From: Candidatus Melainabacteria bacterium
Lineage (GTDB): Bacteria > Cyanobacteriota > Vampirovibrionia > LMEP-6097
NCBI GenBank assembly: GCA_005110385.1
Contig: DUDT01000021.1
Location: forward strand, 45,420 to 109,419
DNA: 64,000 bases
Direction of reading: 5' to 3'
Below the pieces are notes generated by a model. That model was not told the origin of the DNA, did not search any database, and was given only the letters and a program-made list of their open reading frames with translations. Made by a program: the position numbers and the translations under genes. Within the stretch, counting starts at the first letter, position 1. The number at the start of each line of letters is the position of its first letter. Below are positions 58,774-64,000 of the stretch, piece after piece.

Positions 58774-59604
58774 ATCAGGAATATTTTTAATTTTTTCAGC
58801 TAAGAGCTTAGCCATTTTATTAGCTTGCTTAGCGTTCTCTAGGTAAAGATTATTAGATAAGAGTTCTAGAAACTGGGCTGAAATGAAACGCATTTTAGAA
58901 GCGAGCTGCATTCCTTGCTTTCTTCTGTATTTAAAACCCTTTGCTAGACTAGCATCCTTAAAGATAATCGCTTCACCTAGTAACATGCCATTTTTAGTAC
59001 CACCAAAAGATAGTAAATCTACGCCCAGATCGAAACTTATTTCTTTCAAGCTAAGACCCAAGCTAGCAGCCACATTTGATAATCTTGCACCATCTAGATG
59101 TAACAGCATGGCATGTTCATGAGCTAAATCGGCTAAAGCCTTGATCTCATCAGGTTTATAAACAGTTCCTAATTCTGTAGAATTAGCGATAGAAATAACT
59201 TTAGGCTGGGAATTATGCTGATTATCGAAGCCTATTAAATGTGGCTTAATAAGTGCTGCTGTGAGCTTACCATCTGTGGTTTTAATAGTAGTAAGTTTAG
59301 CTCCAGTAAAGAACTCTGGTGCGCCACACTCATCTACATAAAGATGAGAAGTATCTGCACAGATTATAGAATGATAAGACTCTGTAACTGAGGCGAGTCC
59401 AAGAACATTAGCAGCAGTACCATTAAACACGAAGAAAATTTCTCTATCAGAGCCGAAATGCTCTTTAAATTTAGTTATAGCTGTTTTAGTAAGCTCATCA
59501 GCACCATAAGCTGAAGCATGAGCTAAATTAGCTTTTACGATAGCATCTAAAATTTTTGGGTGAATCCCTGAATAATTATCGCTAGCGAAGGATTTTAGAT
59601 TCAT
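58753..59604 (-). CDS. ltaE: Low-specificity L-threonine aldolase, apparently C-terminally truncated (283 aa)
   Basis: FASDNY, VFNGTAAN, HLDGAR, SFGGTKNG (PLP Lys), RKQGMQL. The last ~60 aa typical of the family are missing. Confidence 0.8.
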   Translation of the reverse strand: MNLKSFASDNYSGIHPKILDAIVKANLAHASAYGADELTKTAITKFKEHFGSDREIFFVFNGTAANVLGLASVTESYHSIICADTSHLYVDECGAPEFFTGAKLTTIKTTDGKLTAALIKPHLIGFDNQHNSQPKVISIANSTELGTVYKPDEIKALADLAHEHAMLLHLDGARLSNVAASLGLSLKEISFDLGVDLLSFGGTKNGMLLGEAIIFKDASLAKGFKYRRKQGMQLASKMRFISAQFLELLSNNLYLENAKQANKMAKLLAEKIKNIPDLEIVSA

Positions 59605-59713
59605 TGATTTAGCCTTTACCTAAGACTATTGTAAACTAGGAAGTCTTAGTGGGCTTACTTGAGAATTTCTTTAGATGATAGAAGAGTTAAAAAATTTAAG
59701 CGGTGAAATTCTT

Positions 59714-59808
59714 CAAACTTCAATATTTCTGTAACGGGTAATATTATTCCCGTTGCGGAAATATTATTACCAGAGAACACTGTATAACTGCGTTTTCGTT
59801 GTCCTCAT
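59714..59808. repeat. Split element arm (59714-59724 and 59788-59808) interrupted by a different hairpin (59722-59765)
   Basis: caaacttcaat ... ctgcgttttcgttgtcctcat flank aatatttctgtaacggg / cccgttgcggaaatatt. Confidence 0.6.
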
Positions 59809-59850
59809 TTATGTTTGGTACATTTTTAGTAATTAAGTTTTAAAAATTAG

Positions 59851-60408
59851 TTACTCTTGAGCTTCATGAAATGAATTAATAATAGCTCCCGTCGTAATTG
59901 GTCCTTGCCTATCAGCCAAACTAAAAGCATATGTTAAAAGCGCTTTAACCTGTGCATCTGCTCCATCTAACGGCATTACAGCCTGTTTTCCTAGTTCTAT
60001 TTCACGCTGAGAAACTTTCCCTGAACTAGGTTCAGCTCCTCGACTAGCACGCTCCATTAATTCTACAAACTGCGCCTGAGCTTCTGTACCATCTAAGAGA
60101 AGAGCTGTGACGTGAGCCTGTATAGTATCTTCACCCCCAACTCGCCCTTTTTTTTCTACACTTCCTCTAGAAAAACCATTAGTGGAAACGATATTATTTT
60201 CAGCCATCATTCCAAGCAAAGCTTGACCAGCTGCTGCTTCAGGTTTTCCACTACCATTTACAGTGGCACCGTTTCCTAGAATTTTAGAACCCTTTCCTTG
60301 CGCTACTGGAGCTGAATTTTCTGAAACTTTGTCAGGCGCTTTAGCTTTATCAGCTCCTCCTATCTGCATTGATAGATTTTTTATATTATCTGGTCCTTGC
60401 ATGAACAT
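59851..60408 (-). CDS. Hypothetical protein (185 aa)
   Basis: ATG-start ORF with a Gly/Ala/Ser-rich N-terminal half. No family recognised. Confidence 0.7.
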   Translation of the reverse strand: MFMQGPDNIKNLSMQIGGADKAKAPDKVSENSAPVAQGKGSKILGNGATVNGSGKPEAAAGQALLGMMAENNIVSTNGFSRGSVEKKGRVGGEDTIQAHVTALLLDGTEAQAQFVELMERASRGAEPSSGKVSQREIELGKQAVMPLDGADAQVKALLTYAFSLADRQGPITTGAIINSFHEAQE

Positions 60409-60725
60409 CTTAATTACTTCCCTCTCTGCCTATATAAAGTATGTTTTTCTTACATTTGACAAAAGTTTTTAACCTCTTCTTAACTTTTCCCCAAATTTTG
60501 AACTAATTCTTCATTGAATCATTCATCTAGTTTGGTTCTTTTGTTGGATTTTCTATAATAACACAGGATTATTAAGAAATGATTAAGAACTTAAAAATAA
60601 TATTCCCAGAAATAATATGTCTATAACATTTGCATTTATACCCTGAATCCATCATGATAGAAAATGAAAAGAAGTAAAATAATCCTATTTAAAGCCTCTG
60701 GTTTTAAAATACGAACATTACAATC

Positions 60726-61976
60726 ATGTCCCGCACCTATAGAGACCCTATTCATCAAGAAATCACTTTAAATTCCGCAGATAGGGTAGAAGATCTGCTT
60801 ATTAGACTTATAGATACTAGAGAAATGCAGAGGCTTCGCTGGATAAGACAGCTTGGCACGGGTTGGCTCACTTATCATGGTGCAGAAGGCTCACGTTTTC
60901 AGCATAGCCTCGGAACTATGCATGTGGCTAGAAAAATGTTCGAGCAGCTTTCTGATTCACTTCTAGACTTAAGTCCAGAAACCCTAGAAAGATATAAAGC
61001 TTTAGTTTTAGTCTCTGCTTTATTACATGATGTCGGGCATGGTCCTTTTAGCCATAGCTGTGAAGAGGTCTTGGAAATTAGGCATGAAGACTTTACGCAG
61101 AGAATTATTTTAGATAATAGTACTGCCATTAATAAAACCTTGAGGAGCTTTGATAGCAGTCTGCCTGACGAGGTTTCATCAGTATTAAATAAAACTCACC
61201 CCGTGAAATTTTTATCTAACATAGTAAGCAGTCAGATAGATGCTGATCGCTTTGACTATCTTTTAAGAGACAGCCACTTCACTGGAACTAATTATGGAAA
61301 CTTTGATTTAGCGAGAGTTATCAGCAGCATTACCTTAAATAAAGAGCATGACTGTTTAGCTGTCTTTAATGGTAAAGGGCGTCTCGCTGTCGAGGACTAC
61401 CTTTACGCTAGATATTCTATGTATCTTCAGGTTTACCTGCATAAAAAGTGCTTAGCGAGTGATGTTATGTTTAAGAAGCTCTTTGAGCGTGTGAAACTGC
61501 TGCTTGTCAGTAAGAAAATAGCTTTTCTAGAACAGAATCTATTTAACTGGCTTAGTAAAGGAATGAATATAGATATTCAGGATTTTATCGAAATAGACGA
61601 TACTACCATCTGGCATCATATTAAACATTGGGTGCATGAAAAAGATAATATTCTCAAAGATCTAGCTAGAAGATTTTTAGAAAGAGATCTTTTTAAAGCC
61701 TATCAATTTAATAATGAAGAAGAGTTTCAAAGCCTTAAGCAGAATGCTCTTGCAAAGCTAAAGCTCAGAGATATGAATCCTGAATATTACATAGATAAAA
61801 TTAGCATTGCAGCTAAGCCCTACAGCTTTTATAATCCAGATAAAACTAATTTCTCGAAAGCTATTTTCGTTCAGGATCAGGATTCTAACGAACTTAGAGA
61901 AATATCAGAAGTCTCACCGATAGTAGATAGTATGGTCAAGAATAATTTTCAAAATCAATATCTGATTAGTATTTAA
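60726..61976 (+). CDS. HD-domain phosphohydrolase (dNTPase/YdhJ-like)
   Basis: RDPIH, QRLRWIRQLG, HGAEGSRFQHSLG, LLHDVGHGPFSH, IDADRFDYLLRD. Confidence 0.93.
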   Translation: MSRTYRDPIHQEITLNSADRVEDLLIRLIDTREMQRLRWIRQLGTGWLTYHGAEGSRFQHSLGTMHVARKMFEQLSDSLLDLSPETLERYKALVLVSALLHDVGHGPFSHSCEEVLEIRHEDFTQRIILDNSTAINKTLRSFDSSLPDEVSSVLNKTHPVKFLSNIVSSQIDADRFDYLLRDSHFTGTNYGNFDLARVISSITLNKEHDCLAVFNGKGRLAVEDYLYARYSMYLQVYLHKKCLASDVMFKKLFERVKLLLVSKKIAFLEQNLFNWLSKGMNIDIQDFIEIDDTTIWHHIKHWVHEKDNILKDLARRFLERDLFKAYQFNNEEEFQSLKQNALAKLKLRDMNPEYYIDKISIAAKPYSFYNPDKTNFSKAIFVQDQDSNELREISEVSPIVDSMVKNNFQNQYLISI

Positions 61977-61978
61977 AT

Positions 61979-62024
61979 AAAAACGCAGAAATTGACGAAA
62001 ACGCAGAAATTGAAGTTTGGCAAC
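61979..62024. repeat. Two tandem partial element arms just before copy B
   Basis: aaaacgcagaaatt followed by gacgaaaacgcagaaattgaagtttggcaac. Confidence 0.85.
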
Positions 62025-62035
62025 TATCTCACGAA

Positions 62036-62156
62036 GGGACGATTGCCAAACGTACAAGTTCAAGGCTGAGGAGGACGAATGACCGCAGTGTACTCAAGGT
62101 ACATGAGGATCATGAGGACGACGAAAACGCAGAAATTGAAGTTTGGCAATCGTCCC
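62036..62156. repeat. Full 121-bp palindromic element, copy B
   Basis: Perfect 16-bp TIR gggacgattgccaaac / gtttggcaatcgtccc. Interior is 82/89 identical to copy A. Confidence 0.95.
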
Positions 62157-62197
62157 ATCATGGACTTTAATTAAGCTGATTTGCTAGAATAGCATGA

Positions 62198-63999
<1,802 letters not shown>

Positions 64000-64000
64000 G

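Overview
A 64-kb, AT-rich, gene-dense bacterial chromosome segment. Cyanobacteria-like housekeeping genes (pyrG, ruvB, an MgdA-like GT2) occur with flagellar genes (motB, fliS, fliM) and no photosynthesis genes, which suggests Melainabacteria/Vampirovibrionia. This is an inference, not a database result. Most of the window is housekeeping genes: recR, gatC, pyrG, radA, rpmG, pgk, murJ, ruvB, rsmA, tyrS, ilvC. Two things stand out. (1) A dispersed 121-bp palindromic element has two full copies (665-785 and 62036-62156) and at least 15 partial copies. Its 16-bp terminal inverted repeats are perfect within each copy but differ between copies. Partial copies sit in frame inside RadA, an aminotransferase, a GT-C membrane protein and the RsmA C-terminus, and the core resembles the Rickettsia RPE1 element as I recall it. 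(2) A compact operon encodes a small lipoprotein-like peptide, a DUF692/MNIO iron enzyme and a DUF2063 partner (a RiPP-type layout). Its candidate precursor lacks the usual Cys motifs, and a 2213-aa orphan protein follows directly. Also present: a type II R-M pair, motB coupled to two paralogous pseudo-AAA+ proteins, several apparent pseudoenzymes, a PdtaS/PdtaR-like ANTAR system and a truncated ltaE. All family calls come from motif recognition by eye. No searches were run.
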